Positions 31,699 to 41,778 of a stretch of DNA of 64,000 nt are shown one piece after another; positions within the stretch are counted from its first letter, which is position 1; each line of letters starts with the position of its first letter. The notes under the pieces were generated by a model. It had not been told where the DNA came from. It saw only the letters and a program-made list of their open reading frames with translations, and made no database searches. Origin of the DNA: Candidatus Bathyarchaeota archaeon (GTDB taxonomy: Archaea; Thermoproteota; Bathyarchaeia; Bathyarchaeales; Bathycorpusculaceae). The stretch covers positions 160,001 to 224,000 of the forward strand of contig CAVYES010000008.1 of the NCBI GenBank assembly GCA_963767735.1, read 5' to 3'. Position numbers and translations under genes: made by a program.

Positions 31699-33102
31699 GT
31701 GATTAATGTGGAAGCAAAAGCCAATTTTAGGCTAATAGATGAAGAGTCCAATTTAAAGTTTGAAGGAGAAGCAAAGGTCGTTCTTGATGATCAATATGTA
31801 ACCTTAGTTTTTGGATTCGGCGAGCCCAGACTTTTTTCTTACACAGACATCATCGGAATTTCAGAACAAGAATATAGAATTGAGCTATTCTTAACCTCCA
31901 AAGAAACACTGGAACTTTCGGGATTGGGGTACCAGTACGAAGACTTTCTTTCCGAACTCTACAGACTGCGAAATGAAATTTTGCTCAAATACATGTTGAT
32001 GGAAGAATCGCTCATAAAGTCAGGGTTTAACGCACAGTTCTCCTGGTTCGACTCGAAGGGGCAAGTTAACCAATCTGGCAACTGTGAACTCCGCGTGTAT
32101 GAGAACGCACTTCTTATACTACCTCAAAAAAACGAACCAATTCGCGTTCCGTACTGCTATTTATTCCAAACCAGCAAAATAGAATACACCGTCGTTCTGA
32201 ATACCGAGTTTGAAGAGAGGTTCGAATTTTCAAAACTTGGCGAAAAATTCGATGCCTTCGGCAAGAGCCTATCAGATGCGCTCAACAAAATGATGCTAAG
32301 GTCGCAAACAACCATTAAAGAAATGATCCCAGAAACTGATCCTCTCAAAACGTACAAACTCGCTGCATTAATGAAAGACGGAAGAGCAGCTAAAAGAAAA
32401 GACATAGACGCGATTTCGACAGAGCTCTGGCGACGGCTAACGAAGAAGCATCGACGAAGCAGGGATGGGTCAAGAATACGGCTTTCTCGACGCAATTGCT
32501 CTAAAAGAGCAAGAATGCGTCGGAGTGAAACGAGGGCTCATGGGAGATTTAACAGGTGATTACATATGGCTACTGTTTCCGCTTATGCAGTTCGGGATCA
32601 AACAAACTGCTGAATGTGTTGCTTTGGAAGCGTTCTCAACAAGCTCAAGTGACGAACAAAAGCCAGAAGCACAACTCGAGAAAAATAACATGGCCAGAGC
32701 TTCCAACCAGGAGGATACAGAAGAAAAAAGCTCAAATGCAAGTGGAAAGGCAACTTACTTTTTTAGGCTTCTGAGTGGACAAGCCTACACTCAAGCTCAG
32801 CGACGAAGAGCTGAAAATCGAGCTTGATAATTTTATCAAAAACATCAATCGTTGCATGATTGACATCAACTTCAGAAGAGAACCAATATACTTATCTGAT
32901 GACAGCCTTGACAGCCCTAAATACACTCAGTACCGTTTTGCGGTGGCGAAGATACCGTCTGCTCAGGGTTTTGAGGAGCCTGTTCATTGGCAGAGTAATT
33001 CATTCGTCCTTCGACCAATGGAAGAATGACATCACAAATTTATTAGACTTAAACGCTAGTATTAAGGATGATTCGGCAAAATGGAAAAAAGGAGCTAATT
33101 TA
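31699..33102 (+). CDS. Hypothetical protein with tandem PH-like domains, broken by about 3 frameshifts
   Basis: ORFs 31699-32559, 32465-32827, 32775-33029 and 32860-33147 overlap consecutively and read as one protein. Confidence 0.6.
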
Positions 33103-33104
33103 GA

Positions 33105-33440
33105 TTGCCAGGATATAAGCATCCATGCAAGTATTGTGGAAAATTAGTGTCCTCTGACGATAATGTTTGTCCGTTCTGTGGTAAAGTTAACCCGGTAGGA
33201 CCCACTAGATGCCCCAAATGTCAGAATCCAACCGAAACAGGGCAAATCAGCTGCAGCCATTGCGGTTTGTCTTTACAAACCAATTGCCCCTTCTGCGGAA
33301 AAGCAACATTTTTCGGTGACTATTGCCAAAGCTGCGGCCTTCGACTGATGGTTGTCTGCCCAAAATGCGGCACTCAACAGCCTCCTCTGGGAGAGAAATG
33401 CATAAAATGCGGTAAACCGTTATATCCTATAAAGAGATGA
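33105..33440 (+). CDS. Double zinc ribbon (DZR) protein
   Basis: Eight CxxC motifs in 111 aa. Confidence 0.85.
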   Translation: MPGYKHPCKYCGKLVSSDDNVCPFCGKVNPVGPTRCPKCQNPTETGQISCSHCGLSLQTNCPFCGKATFFGDYCQSCGLRLMVVCPKCGTQQPPLGEKCIKCGKPLYPIKR

Positions 33441-34109
33441 ATTATATGACTCTTCAACCTTTTACCAGAAACTACCAAGACAACAGTACTGACGCGGGAT
33501 TTCAATTTACGTTTTTATGCGACATCTGTGGCGACGGCTATAAAACAGCCTTCATCCAATCAAAGACCTACAAAAAAGCAGGTCTGTGGAAAGGCTTTGG
33601 CAGTGTAGCCCAAATCGGTGGACAATTAACAGGTCACAGTAGTGGATACAGTGTTGGACAGGGCGCCGACGTGATGGGGCAACGTTTTCAGGGCATGACC
33701 CCTGAATGGCACAAAGAACACGAAGCTGCTTTTGATACTGCTCAGAACGAGGCCAAAGGCCACTTCTTCCGATGCCCAAGATGCCACAAATACGTTTGTG
33801 AAAACGACTGGAACGAACAAGAAGGTCTCTGCATCAATGACGCTCCTCGCGAAAGCACCGAAGTCGCCGCAGCCCGCAATGAAAAAATGGTAGCAGATAT
33901 CAAACAAAAAGCCGAAACCACACAGGTTTTCACAGGCGAAATAAGCAGCCGACAAACAATATGCCCAGTATGCGGAAAACCAGCCGGACAAGGCAAATTC
34001 TGCAACAAACTGCGGAGCGCCCCTAGGCTTAAAAGTCTGTCCCAAATGCGGAGCAAAAAATCCTGCTGGCACAAGCTTTTGCGGTGAATGCGGAACCAAA
34101 CTTACCTAA
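33437..34109 (+). CDS. Zinc-ribbon protein with C-terminal DZR, frameshifted near 34008
   Basis: DNSTDAGFQFTFLCDIC, CPRC..VC, CPVCG...FC; continues as CGAPLGLKVCPKCG...FCGECGTKLT. Confidence 0.8.
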
Positions 34110-34343
34110 CTGCAAACAACTCAAATCGCTCATCATTTACTCCAAAACCTAACAATGATACCGAAACCAACTCTTTTGCATCGCAAAGAAGAACCCAAAA
34201 CAAAAACAAATTTCGCTTTTTTCTTTTTTTAAGGCTTTTTTTGATAATTCTAGACCATTTGAAGCGATCAACTCGATAATTGAGTAACCTGTTTATTCGT
34301 AGAAACGAGTGAAAATCAGGCCATAATTTACAAAAGGGGCAAA

Positions 34344-34389
34344 GCGTGGGATGTGGGAGTTGAACCGACGAAGGCCTGCGCCAAAGGAT
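34344..34389 (-). repeat. Degenerate tRNA-Leu-like 3' half
   Basis: Minus strand ATCCTTTGGCGCAGGCCTTCGTCGGTTCAACTCCCACATCCCACGC: long variable arm, GGTTCAA T-loop, acceptor 3' strand. Confidence 0.65.
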
Positions 34390-34469
34390 TTCCTATCAAA
34401 TTGTGGTAATTGATTATTAGTAAGAATTGTTAGTAAATACCATGTGCCTAAGGGGTAAGGAAAAAAGAT

Positions 34470-34721
34470 ATGAGGCCAGTTACTGTTACGAAGCATTCGC
34501 AAGTTACAATACCCAAAGAAATACGTGAAGAACTGGGTATAACGGAAGGAGATAAGCTGAAGATGAGAATAGTGGAAGGCAACAAAATAATGATTGAAAA
34601 AGCAAGCGAAGAAGCGTGGAAAGACTGCACTGACTTTTTACCTGACGATTTCGAAAAGGTGCTAGCATCCACACGCGTTGACTCAACAAGCAGATTCAAG
34701 CACCTTGGGCTGGTTCCCTGA
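34470..34721 (+). CDS. AbrB/MazE-family antitoxin with no toxin partner
   Basis: VTVTKHSQVTIPKEIREELGITEGDKL. Confidence 0.88.
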   Translation: MRPVTVTKHSQVTIPKEIREELGITEGDKLKMRIVEGNKIMIEKASEEAWKDCTDFLPDDFEKVLASTRVDSTSRFKHLGLVP

Positions 34722-34803
34722 ATTGCCACAAAAAGGAAAACCCGCTTTTTGCTTCGTCCCTTTCACCAAAATGAACCGCCGTTTGCAGGCCCTAAAAGTT
34801 TAG

Positions 34804-34830
34804 TGGCGCAGCGTTGGAACTTGAACCCCG
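34804..34830 (-). repeat. tRNA 3'-end fragment
   Basis: Minus strand CGGGGTTCAAGTTCCAACGCTGCGCCA. Confidence 0.55.
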
Positions 34831-35023
34831 AGGCAGTAGAGACATCGGCTCGCAAAACCCTATTTTTTCAGGCTAGTCATATTAAATTATTAAATAGTTT
34901 TTAATCTCGTTGACATAAAGATATCGAAAGCAGGATACTAGAAACAAGGGGTTGGGTCTTTGCTTCAATCAAAAGCAACAAAATTGATAGCACGCAACAG
35001 ATGACAAGCAGGGTGAATTAGAA

Positions 35024-35917
35024 ATGCACACTTTAGAATTGAATAATGTGTCTTCCGGCTACAATAAACAAGTCGTTTTACACGATATCAGCTTTAAGCT
35101 TCAAGAACCCTCAATCTACGTTGTTTTAGGGCCAAACGGCGCAGGCAAAACAACGCTGTTTAGAACAATCGCGGGCATACTAGAGCCATTCAGCGGAAAA
35201 ATTCTTCTCGACGACCAAAACACAACCACATCAGGCAAGACGCGCTCAAAAATAAGCTATCTCTCACAGTACAACGCAATGCCTGAAGAAATGACCGTGT
35301 TTAACGCGCTAAAATTTTACTCAGATATCGAAGGCGGAGACCCCGATAAGGTGATTGACCTGCTTGATCTTGGCCAACTAAAAAACAAGAGGTTTTCTGA
35401 CCTTTCACAAGGACAAAAAAAGAGAGCAGCAATCGCAAAGGTGTTCCTTCACGAAAGTGATTTGTACTTGCTGGATGAACCCACAGCGAATTTAGACCCA
35501 GCAGTTTCAAAAGAAATCCGAGATATCATCCTAAAACTAAGCAAAGACAAAATGATCCTGTACTCTTCCCACAACCTTTATGAAGCAACTGATATTGGGA
35601 CCTACCTTATTTTAATCAAAAATGGCTCAGTGACATTGTTTGATAAAATCTCAAACATTAAACCCAAACAGTACCGAGTAGGCATCAAAGCCTCAACGGA
35701 CATATCAAAAATCGTAGATGCCCACCGTGAGGGTGACTATTTTGTTTTGAATGTGTCTAGCCCTGAGGAAGCAGGGCTTGCTTTGAAGAAATTGGTTGAA
35801 AAGGGCGTTTTGGTTACTGAAATGCGTCAGCTTGATAATCCATTGCAGGAGCTTTTTGAGTCGTCAAATGGAAAGGTGGAAAAAACACAAAAGGAGCCTC
35901 AGCAAGTTGCCAAATAG
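35024..35917 (+). CDS. ABC-2 type exporter ATP-binding subunit
   Basis: GPNGAGKTT, LSQGQKKR, LLDEPT, SSH. Confidence 0.93.
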   Translation: MHTLELNNVSSGYNKQVVLHDISFKLQEPSIYVVLGPNGAGKTTLFRTIAGILEPFSGKILLDDQNTTTSGKTRSKISYLSQYNAMPEEMTVFNALKFYSDIEGGDPDKVIDLLDLGQLKNKRFSDLSQGQKKRAAIAKVFLHESDLYLLDEPTANLDPAVSKEIRDIILKLSKDKMILYSSHNLYEATDIGTYLILIKNGSVTLFDKISNIKPKQYRVGIKASTDISKIVDAHREGDYFVLNVSSPEEAGLALKKLVEKGVLVTEMRQLDNPLQELFESSNGKVEKTQKEPQQVAK

Positions 35918-36581
35918 TGCCGTAATTTTTGCTAAACGAAGCCTCAGTTTGAGCAAAATATATTCGGCTGTAGGGATTTTTTTTGCTGCCTTCGGAGTCT
36001 TTGTATCAATTGCATTCATCCTTGCTGGGCAAAGTGTGCCTGTAGCGTACTTTCTTTTTCCCTCCGCGTTTATGGCTTTTGGGATGCTTATGTTCTCTAC
36101 ATCTGTTATACTGCTTTACGTCTATGACAAAAATAACGGAGTTTTGGAGTATCTACTTTCTCTTGGATGGAGTCAAAGCGACATCTTTAAGTGCTACTTG
36201 AAATCTGCCCTTTTAATTTCGCTAACCCTTTTCACTGCTGAATTTGTTGCCAATGTTGTAGCAATTGTGATTACAGGGGCACTTCAAGGTTTAGTGACGT
36301 TAGCTTTTACCGCCATGCTGGGTTTTTCAGCCATTTCTTTAATTACAATTGCCATGATGGCTTTCAGCTCATTACAGAAGCAGAGAGTAGGTGCTAATAG
36401 TCCTCTTGCTTTAACCATTGGCGTCCCGATTATCATTCCTACATTTTACATCCCGTTTTTTTTACCATTTTATGTCGCCATTTTAGTTGAGTTATTTATT
36501 ATCGCGCTTGCCGGTGGGCTGTCAATCGTATTGTTGATTTTGTCAAGCAGACTAATCAGAAGGGAAAAAATGCTTCCATAA
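35907..36581 (+). CDS. ABC-2 type exporter permease
   Basis: About 6 TM helices, DKNNGVLEYLLSLG; likely TTG start overlapping the ATPase stop. Confidence 0.8.
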   Translation: MPNSAVIFAKRSLSLSKIYSAVGIFFAAFGVFVSIAFILAGQSVPVAYFLFPSAFMAFGMLMFSTSVILLYVYDKNNGVLEYLLSLGWSQSDIFKCYLKSALLISLTLFTAEFVANVVAIVITGALQGLVTLAFTAMLGFSAISLITIAMMAFSSLQKQRVGANSPLALTIGVPIIIPTFYIPFFLPFYVAILVELFIIALAGGLSIVLLILSSRLIRREKMLP

Positions 36582-36676
36582 ATGCCGAGCAGTTTGCAAG
36601 TTTTTTGAGCGCGAAGCCTAAGCGGCGAATCCAATTACATTTCAAAGGCAGTTATAACCCATCTCTTCAAATAGAC

Positions 36677-36892
36677 TTACTCAAATTCGGACCGGGGCTT
36701 TTCTGTTTGCTTGATAATGTATTGGATTACAAAAACGGTGACTTCTTTGTGATGCGGCACCCATGTGGTTAAAATATGCTGACGTACTGTTTTCTTGAAT
36801 GTAGTATGCTTACTGGATCTCACTTCTTGAAAGCCGTTAGACCTTAAAATTTCAATTACTTTTCGCTGAGGTAATGGTGGAAGCTTTGCCAT
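36677..36892 (-). CDS. hicA: HicA-family toxin
   Basis: MAKLPPLPQRKVIEILRSNGFQEVRSSKH...VPHHKEV...IIKQ. Confidence 0.85.
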   Translation of the reverse strand: MAKLPPLPQRKVIEILRSNGFQEVRSSKHTTFKKTVRQHILTTWVPHHKEVTVFVIQYIIKQTEKPRSEFE

Positions 36893-37130
36893 GCATAACA
36901 CTCTTTGGAACCTTGACAGGAATGTTCGTTAGAGAAAAAGACATCAAATCATCCAGCGAAGGCTTTGCAGTGTCGGGGTCACTTAAGTATTCGTCTATGA
37001 GTTCAGTCATGTTTTCTTTTACCTCTTTTTCTGTTTTTCCTTGCGTAGCAATGTCCAAAATGGGGCAAGAGGCTACAAACCATTTTCCCTCTTTTGTTAT
37101 TAGAATTGGAAGAGGTATCTTCTCACACAT
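36852..37130 (-). CDS. hicB: HicB-family antitoxin
   Basis: EGKWFVASCPILDIATQGKTEKEVKENMTELIDEYL. Confidence 0.88.
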   Translation of the reverse strand: MCEKIPLPILITKEGKWFVASCPILDIATQGKTEKEVKENMTELIDEYLSDPDTAKPSLDDLMSFSLTNIPVKVPKSVMHGKASTITSAKSN

Positions 37131-37280
37131 AATCGGTAGAATAGCCCTTTTTGCCTTATAAGGATTTTATCAAATCCAAAAGCAAAAGAAGTCATCTGGC
37201 GACATCTTTGCGACAGTTAATCAACACATATTGGCTAAAATACCCCCAATCGCGCCCTAATCGGCAAAAGGATGTAGTAA

Positions 37281-37308
37281 TGGTGCAGGGATGGGATTTG
37301 AACCCCAC
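37281..37308 (-). repeat. tRNA-Leu-like 3'-end fragment with CCA
   Basis: Minus strand GTGGGGTTCAAATCCCATCCCTGCACCA. Confidence 0.7.
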
Positions 37309-37416
37309 AAACAAAAGTGTACTTTTCGCGATCCCCATTTTTGCGTTATTTCAGTTTCACCTGAGAGCCATAGCGAAAGACGATTTTTTTGAGCCTCAAA
37401 CCTATGCCGGGTTGAT

Positions 37417-38004
37417 TTAGTTTATTCTATTATATCTCAATTCAACAGCACCTGAATTGAACGTCTTTGTGCCGATTAGTTTCAGTTTCTGCCTCACATC
37501 AACGTCTTTTAGCAAAAGTTTTCCTTTGCCTAAAATCACAGGATGAACAACAATCAAGTACTCGTCAATCAACCCCAATTTCGCAAACGTCTGCGCCACC
37601 GTTGCTCCTCCCACCACGATCATGTTTTTTCCTGGTTGCTGCTTTAGTTTCTGGATTTCTTCGGCTATGTTGTTTTTAATCAGAGTGGAGTTTTTCCATT
37701 CTACGCCGTCCAGCGTGCTTGAGACTACAATTTTTCTGGTTTCGTCCGCATACCGTGAAAACTTTTTGTCGCTCTCAGAACTCTGAGGGTTACTTGCCGC
37801 TGCAGGCCAATATTTCTCCCATATTTGATAAGTGCTCCGTCCAAGAATAACAGTGTCCGCAAGATCGAGATTTTTCCACATTTCATCATGAAGGTCTTTC
37901 CACATTTTTTCCTTACCGAAAGGTGGAAGATAATCCATTTCATCGTTCGGTCCAGTGGAGAAACCGTCAAGCGTCATTTGCATTGACAAGATTACTTTTC
38001 TCAA
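37417..38004 (-). CDS. Dihydrofolate reductase-like (RibD C-terminal) protein
   Basis: MTLDGF, ILGRSTY, GGATVA, LIDEY...HPVILGKG. Confidence 0.9.
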   Translation of the reverse strand: MRKVILSMQMTLDGFSTGPNDEMDYLPPFGKEKMWKDLHDEMWKNLDLADTVILGRSTYQIWEKYWPAAASNPQSSESDKKFSRYADETRKIVVSSTLDGVEWKNSTLIKNNIAEEIQKLKQQPGKNMIVVGGATVAQTFAKLGLIDEYLIVVHPVILGKGKLLLKDVDVRQKLKLIGTKTFNSGAVELRYNRIN

Positions 38005-38137
38005 AAAATCACCAAATTAAACCCACCAAATATCCTATAAAAATGTTTTTAGCTTGTCTCGCAGACACTTTTCATCTTGTTTTTCTGGCAGTCAAAGCTC
38101 ATCAAGTTTTATACCGTTAAGTCGATAATTCAGTTGC

Positions 38138-38254
38138 ATGCCAAAGAAAGTATTACTTGAAGTTACCGACGAAACCTATGAGCAACTGGAAAGATTCTCT
38201 GCTTTTTACATTGGCTTCGTCAAATTCTATAGCAATATCTACACAGGTCTATGA
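38138..38254 (+). CDS. Tiny ribbon-helix-helix-like ORF, possibly an antitoxin remnant
   Basis: MPKKVLLEVTDETYEQLERFSAFYIGFVKFYSNIYTGL. Confidence 0.35.
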   Translation: MPKKVLLEVTDETYEQLERFSAFYIGFVKFYSNIYTGL

Positions 38255-38463
38255 AGTTAACTTAGCGGTGAAATGACGCTTTTTTGGAAAAATCATTGTA
38301 ATATATACAGAAAAATTTCATTTTTATTATATTTTTCTGAATGACTTTATTTGAAAAATACGAAATTGTTTTAAGTATCTTGAAACATATTTGTACCATA
38401 TATTGTAGCATATTAAGAAACATTAAAAAGCAAAATATGCATGTGTTTAACGGTGAAAAATTG

Positions 38464-38814
38464 ATGGCATCACGGTCAGAGGTCGAAAGCTGTTTTTCTG
38501 TCTTAGCAACAGGATTAGCGGGGCTAAGATTGCTAAAGACGTACGGCTTGAAGTCTAAAGAGTTGGATTTCTTTATTAATGCTATGTCTACAGAGGAGCA
38601 AGTCAAAATTTGTGCTTTTGCGCCATCACCATTACGCGAACAATACAAAGCATCGATCTCAGAAGCACAGACAAAGGTAAAGCAAGACATCGAAAGCCTG
38701 TCTGTTGAAGAGCCATCTGATAAAGCGATAGATGACACAATTAAAGATACAAAACAATTGTACGGTATATTGGCTGAGCTTCATAGAACAGCAGTCTCAG
38801 GTCTAGTCATCTAA
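38464..38814 (+). CDS. Hypothetical helical protein
   Basis: Likely start MASRSEVES at 38464; 11 bp upstream of the 474-aa gene. Confidence 0.6.
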   Translation: MASRSEVESCFSVLATGLAGLRLLKTYGLKSKELDFFINAMSTEEQVKICAFAPSPLREQYKASISEAQTKVKQDIESLSVEEPSDKAIDDTIKDTKQLYGILAELHRTAVSGLVI

Positions 38815-38825
38815 AGGCCAATCAA

Positions 38826-40250
38826 TTGCAACTAACCGCTTTAATTCAACATATTGACGGATTAATAGCCGAAACCGATGACCAAATAAAGAAACTGAAA
38901 GATATTCCTTTTTCAAAAATTGCAGATATACTAGCTATAGCTATAACGAACTACAAAAATGGTCTAACTATAATTAACGACTGCTTGGATAATTCACTCA
39001 CAAAAAAAGCTTTAGCTATTTCAAAAATACAAACAAAAAACGGCGAATACCTGAGTGCAGATCAGATAATTTATGATATTTACCGAGAAACCGTGGGTTC
39101 AGCGTATAGCACGGCCGAGGGGTTTAATGGATCAATTGCCTTGCTAGTCGAAAGCTGTATCCCTTGGGAACTTTATTACTGGTCACTAGAAATTCCTCAA
39201 GGTTTTGGCGTAAGCAAACCTTTTGTTTTTCGACAAGGTGTACAGTTTATCAGTAAAAGTTTCAAAGATGAAATCATTAAACCGCTAGATCCGTTGATTG
39301 CAATAGCTAAAGATCCCAACATAAAAGGCTCTTTGATGCAAATCCAACCAGTTGACATTTTAGCAAAACACAAAATTGATGAGGGGTACGTCATAGATTG
39401 TATTAGGAGCGAAGCAGCAAATCCTATAATGTGGCCAATTCTATGCCATGAAATGTTTGAAGCGGTAGACAAGGATTTAGGCTTGACAGGTCAAAGTATA
39501 ATGAATAAATTTGAAATTTTTGTTAAGACGCAAACTGAGTCAATGCCAAGCATTAATGATGAGAAGTTAGCAAATGAAAATTGGCTTTTGGAAATTCTTA
39601 TGGATTTTCTAGCAATCACCAGTTTTGGCCCGATGTATGCTAAATCGCTTTTAGACTATTGCCAACGATCTCCTTATTATCCAACTCCTGAGCATCCTGA
39701 GATGTGCTACAGAATTTATTCCGTTTACTTGTACCTCACTTCGCCTGCATTGTCTCAAAGCGATATTTTCAAAAGATGCCAAGAGGTCGCGAAAGCTGAG
39801 ATACAGCCTGAGGTAAGCAGATATGAAGACGAAGGAAATCTCGATTCCGAAAATGAACGATCTCTTTCCGAACTTTTTAAGTTAATGACTAAATTCAGGC
39901 ATACAATTCCGGTTCCGACTTTTTTGCAAATCCTTGATAACTACATTGTTCAATCCCAGCCCTCGGGAGCAACTTTAAAGTCATTGCTAAAAAAAGGGAC
40001 CCCTGACTTTGAAAACAGACCAAAGTTCATACCCTTCAAGGACCCGTTGCTTTCTTTCGATAACATACAGAACGCTATTTTTCAAGGGGTATCTTTAGCG
40101 ATTCATCCTGATATTCTTCTTAATGTAGTAATCGCCAATGCTGATGATTACAACAAAGATGAGGACTATGATATCATTGTGGACAGCATCAAAAAATGGA
40201 AAATTAAAGAGGTCTGGAATTCATCTATTAGCCAGATCAAAAAGCTATAG
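38826..40250 (+). CDS. Uncharacterised zincin-like protein (HExxE variant)
   Basis: LCHEMFE, EILMDFLA..FGPMY, PEHP...R resemble the M48-like zincin layout. Confidence 0.55.
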   Translation: MQLTALIQHIDGLIAETDDQIKKLKDIPFSKIADILAIAITNYKNGLTIINDCLDNSLTKKALAISKIQTKNGEYLSADQIIYDIYRETVGSAYSTAEGFNGSIALLVESCIPWELYYWSLEIPQGFGVSKPFVFRQGVQFISKSFKDEIIKPLDPLIAIAKDPNIKGSLMQIQPVDILAKHKIDEGYVIDCIRSEAANPIMWPILCHEMFEAVDKDLGLTGQSIMNKFEIFVKTQTESMPSINDEKLANENWLLEILMDFLAITSFGPMYAKSLLDYCQRSPYYPTPEHPEMCYRIYSVYLYLTSPALSQSDIFKRCQEVAKAEIQPEVSRYEDEGNLDSENERSLSELFKLMTKFRHTIPVPTFLQILDNYIVQSQPSGATLKSLLKKGTPDFENRPKFIPFKDPLLSFDNIQNAIFQGVSLAIHPDILLNVVIANADDYNKDEDYDIIVDSIKKWKIKEVWNSSISQIKKL

Positions 40251-40847
40251 TTTTTTGTTTACAATTGTCAGAATGCCCGTCGTGAACTCCTTATCTGATC
40301 GTAGCATAGTGTTTAGCGTTTTTGCGTACTTCTTATCTTTTTTTGCTTGATAGGGAACAACAACGTTATCGTCCAAGGTTTCAAGTGTTAATGCCGCAAT
40401 CCGCTGTAAAGGGTGCAAGGCAACTGGCATCTTGCCAAGATTCGTAAGCTCACAGGTTACTTGACCCGTATATCCTGGGTCTATTCCTCCAGCTGTTGCA
40501 TGAATAATTAAGCCTAGCCGCCCCAAAGAACTTCTGCCATCTAATCTTCCCAGAATATGAGAGGGCAACCTAATTCGTTCAAATAGAGGCGCAATTGCAA
40601 AGTCTCCCGGTTGAAGAATAAATCCACGTTCGTTGAAACCAATGTTCCTTTCGTCGCCGTAATCTGGCTGCTCATCTCGCATAGGGTCATAATACGGTTG
40701 CTGTGAATGCTTTATTAAATAAACGCGATTTGCAAGTCTCAAGTCAATTTTTGCGCCTTGAATCTGATTTAAGTCTAATATTGGGTGAATAATAATTTCC
40801 CGTTTCATGAGGCTTTGGAAGATGTGCTCATCAGTAAGGACTGTCAT
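40245..40847 (-). CDS. dcd: dCTP deaminase (trimeric dUTPase fold)
   Basis: IDLRL, GRSSLGRLGL, AGGIDPGYTGQVTCEL.N. Confidence 0.9.
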   Translation of the reverse strand: MTVLTDEHIFQSLMKREIIIHPILDLNQIQGAKIDLRLANRVYLIKHSQQPYYDPMRDEQPDYGDERNIGFNERGFILQPGDFAIAPLFERIRLPSHILGRLDGRSSLGRLGLIIHATAGGIDPGYTGQVTCELTNLGKMPVALHPLQRIAALTLETLDDNVVVPYQAKKDKKYAKTLNTMLRSDKEFTTGILTIVNKKL

Positions 40848-41279
40848 CTATGCCTTTCTTCCTTTGAGAGCGCCATGTTTGACTTCTCCTCTATCATATT
40901 CCCAGAAATGCAGGCCCTTCGCAGTCTTAAAAACATAACAGCTATAGTCTTTTTTGTCTTCAGATTCAATTTCCAGCAAAGGAGAAAGTCCTGCAAGCAT
41001 TTCTTTAGCCAACCTATGCCTTGTCTTGAAATCGACATATCCGTTTTTGGCATGTATTTTCTTAAAAAGATCGGATGCTACCGGAATTAATCCGGCGAGT
41101 GAAATCATTATTTGGACTGCAACGTCAGGGGGGACAGGGGCAAACTTGTTTTCTTTAATTAGCTTAAATTCGATCGCTGAATCTCTGACTGTTTTAAGAA
41201 TATCCATGGAATCCTTTTGGGTCGTAATAACAACTAGTTCAAAGTCAGTACCAGTCATGGTTAATTCTGATAGAGGCAT
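40848..41279 (-). CDS. Hypothetical protein coupled to dcd
   Basis: Its stop directly abuts the dcd ATG; one central hydrophobic helix. Confidence 0.65.
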   Translation of the reverse strand: MPLSELTMTGTDFELVVITTQKDSMDILKTVRDSAIEFKLIKENKFAPVPPDVAVQIMISLAGLIPVASDLFKKIHAKNGYVDFKTRHRLAKEMLAGLSPLLEIESEDKKDYSCYVFKTAKGLHFWEYDRGEVKHGALKGRKA

Positions 41280-41522
41280 GCCGATTTAAGGTTTGCTTCT
41301 TTAGCCTCTCATAAAAAACCACTAAAAATATAATCGCTCGCGTTAACTCAACGAAAAAAGAAAGGCGTAAAACGATTACATGCACGGTCTCATAAGGATT
41401 TATCTTGGGGAGATTCACTTTGGGGGCACGGTAAATTAACTAACTAACAGATAAAAGTAGGGCAATAAAAAGGGGAGAATTGTTGCGGAGAAACATTAGG
41501 AGGTAATATCGCCACTTTCTCT

Positions 41523-41546
41523 GGGGTTTGAATCCTTCCCCGGCAC
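41523..41546 (+). repeat. tRNA-Ser-like 3'-end fragment; direct repeat of 48000-48026
   Basis: GGGGTTTGAATCCTTCCCCGGCAC versus GGGGTTCGAATCCCTTCCCCGGCGCCA. Confidence 0.65.
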
Positions 41547-41740
41547 TTTTATTTGAGCTTATTTTATCAAAATGGAACTTATTCAGGGCTAATCTGAGTC
41601 AGCATCTAAAAGTAACTTCAATACGGCGAGATTTTTACCGCTAATGTGTGTGCCCTAAAATGGGTTCAAGTGCTAAATAATTTGTAACCTTATACGGGAT
41701 TTAGCCAGAACTCGAAATGAGACGTGACGCTCACTTACAA

Positions 41741-41761
41741 GTGGGTCGAGGGGATTTGAAC
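41741..41761 (-). repeat. tRNA 3'-end fragment
   Basis: Minus strand GTTCAAATCCCCTCGACCCAC, just past the S53 stop codon. Confidence 0.6.
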
Positions 41762-41778
41762 AGTAATGGGTTAGCGCG

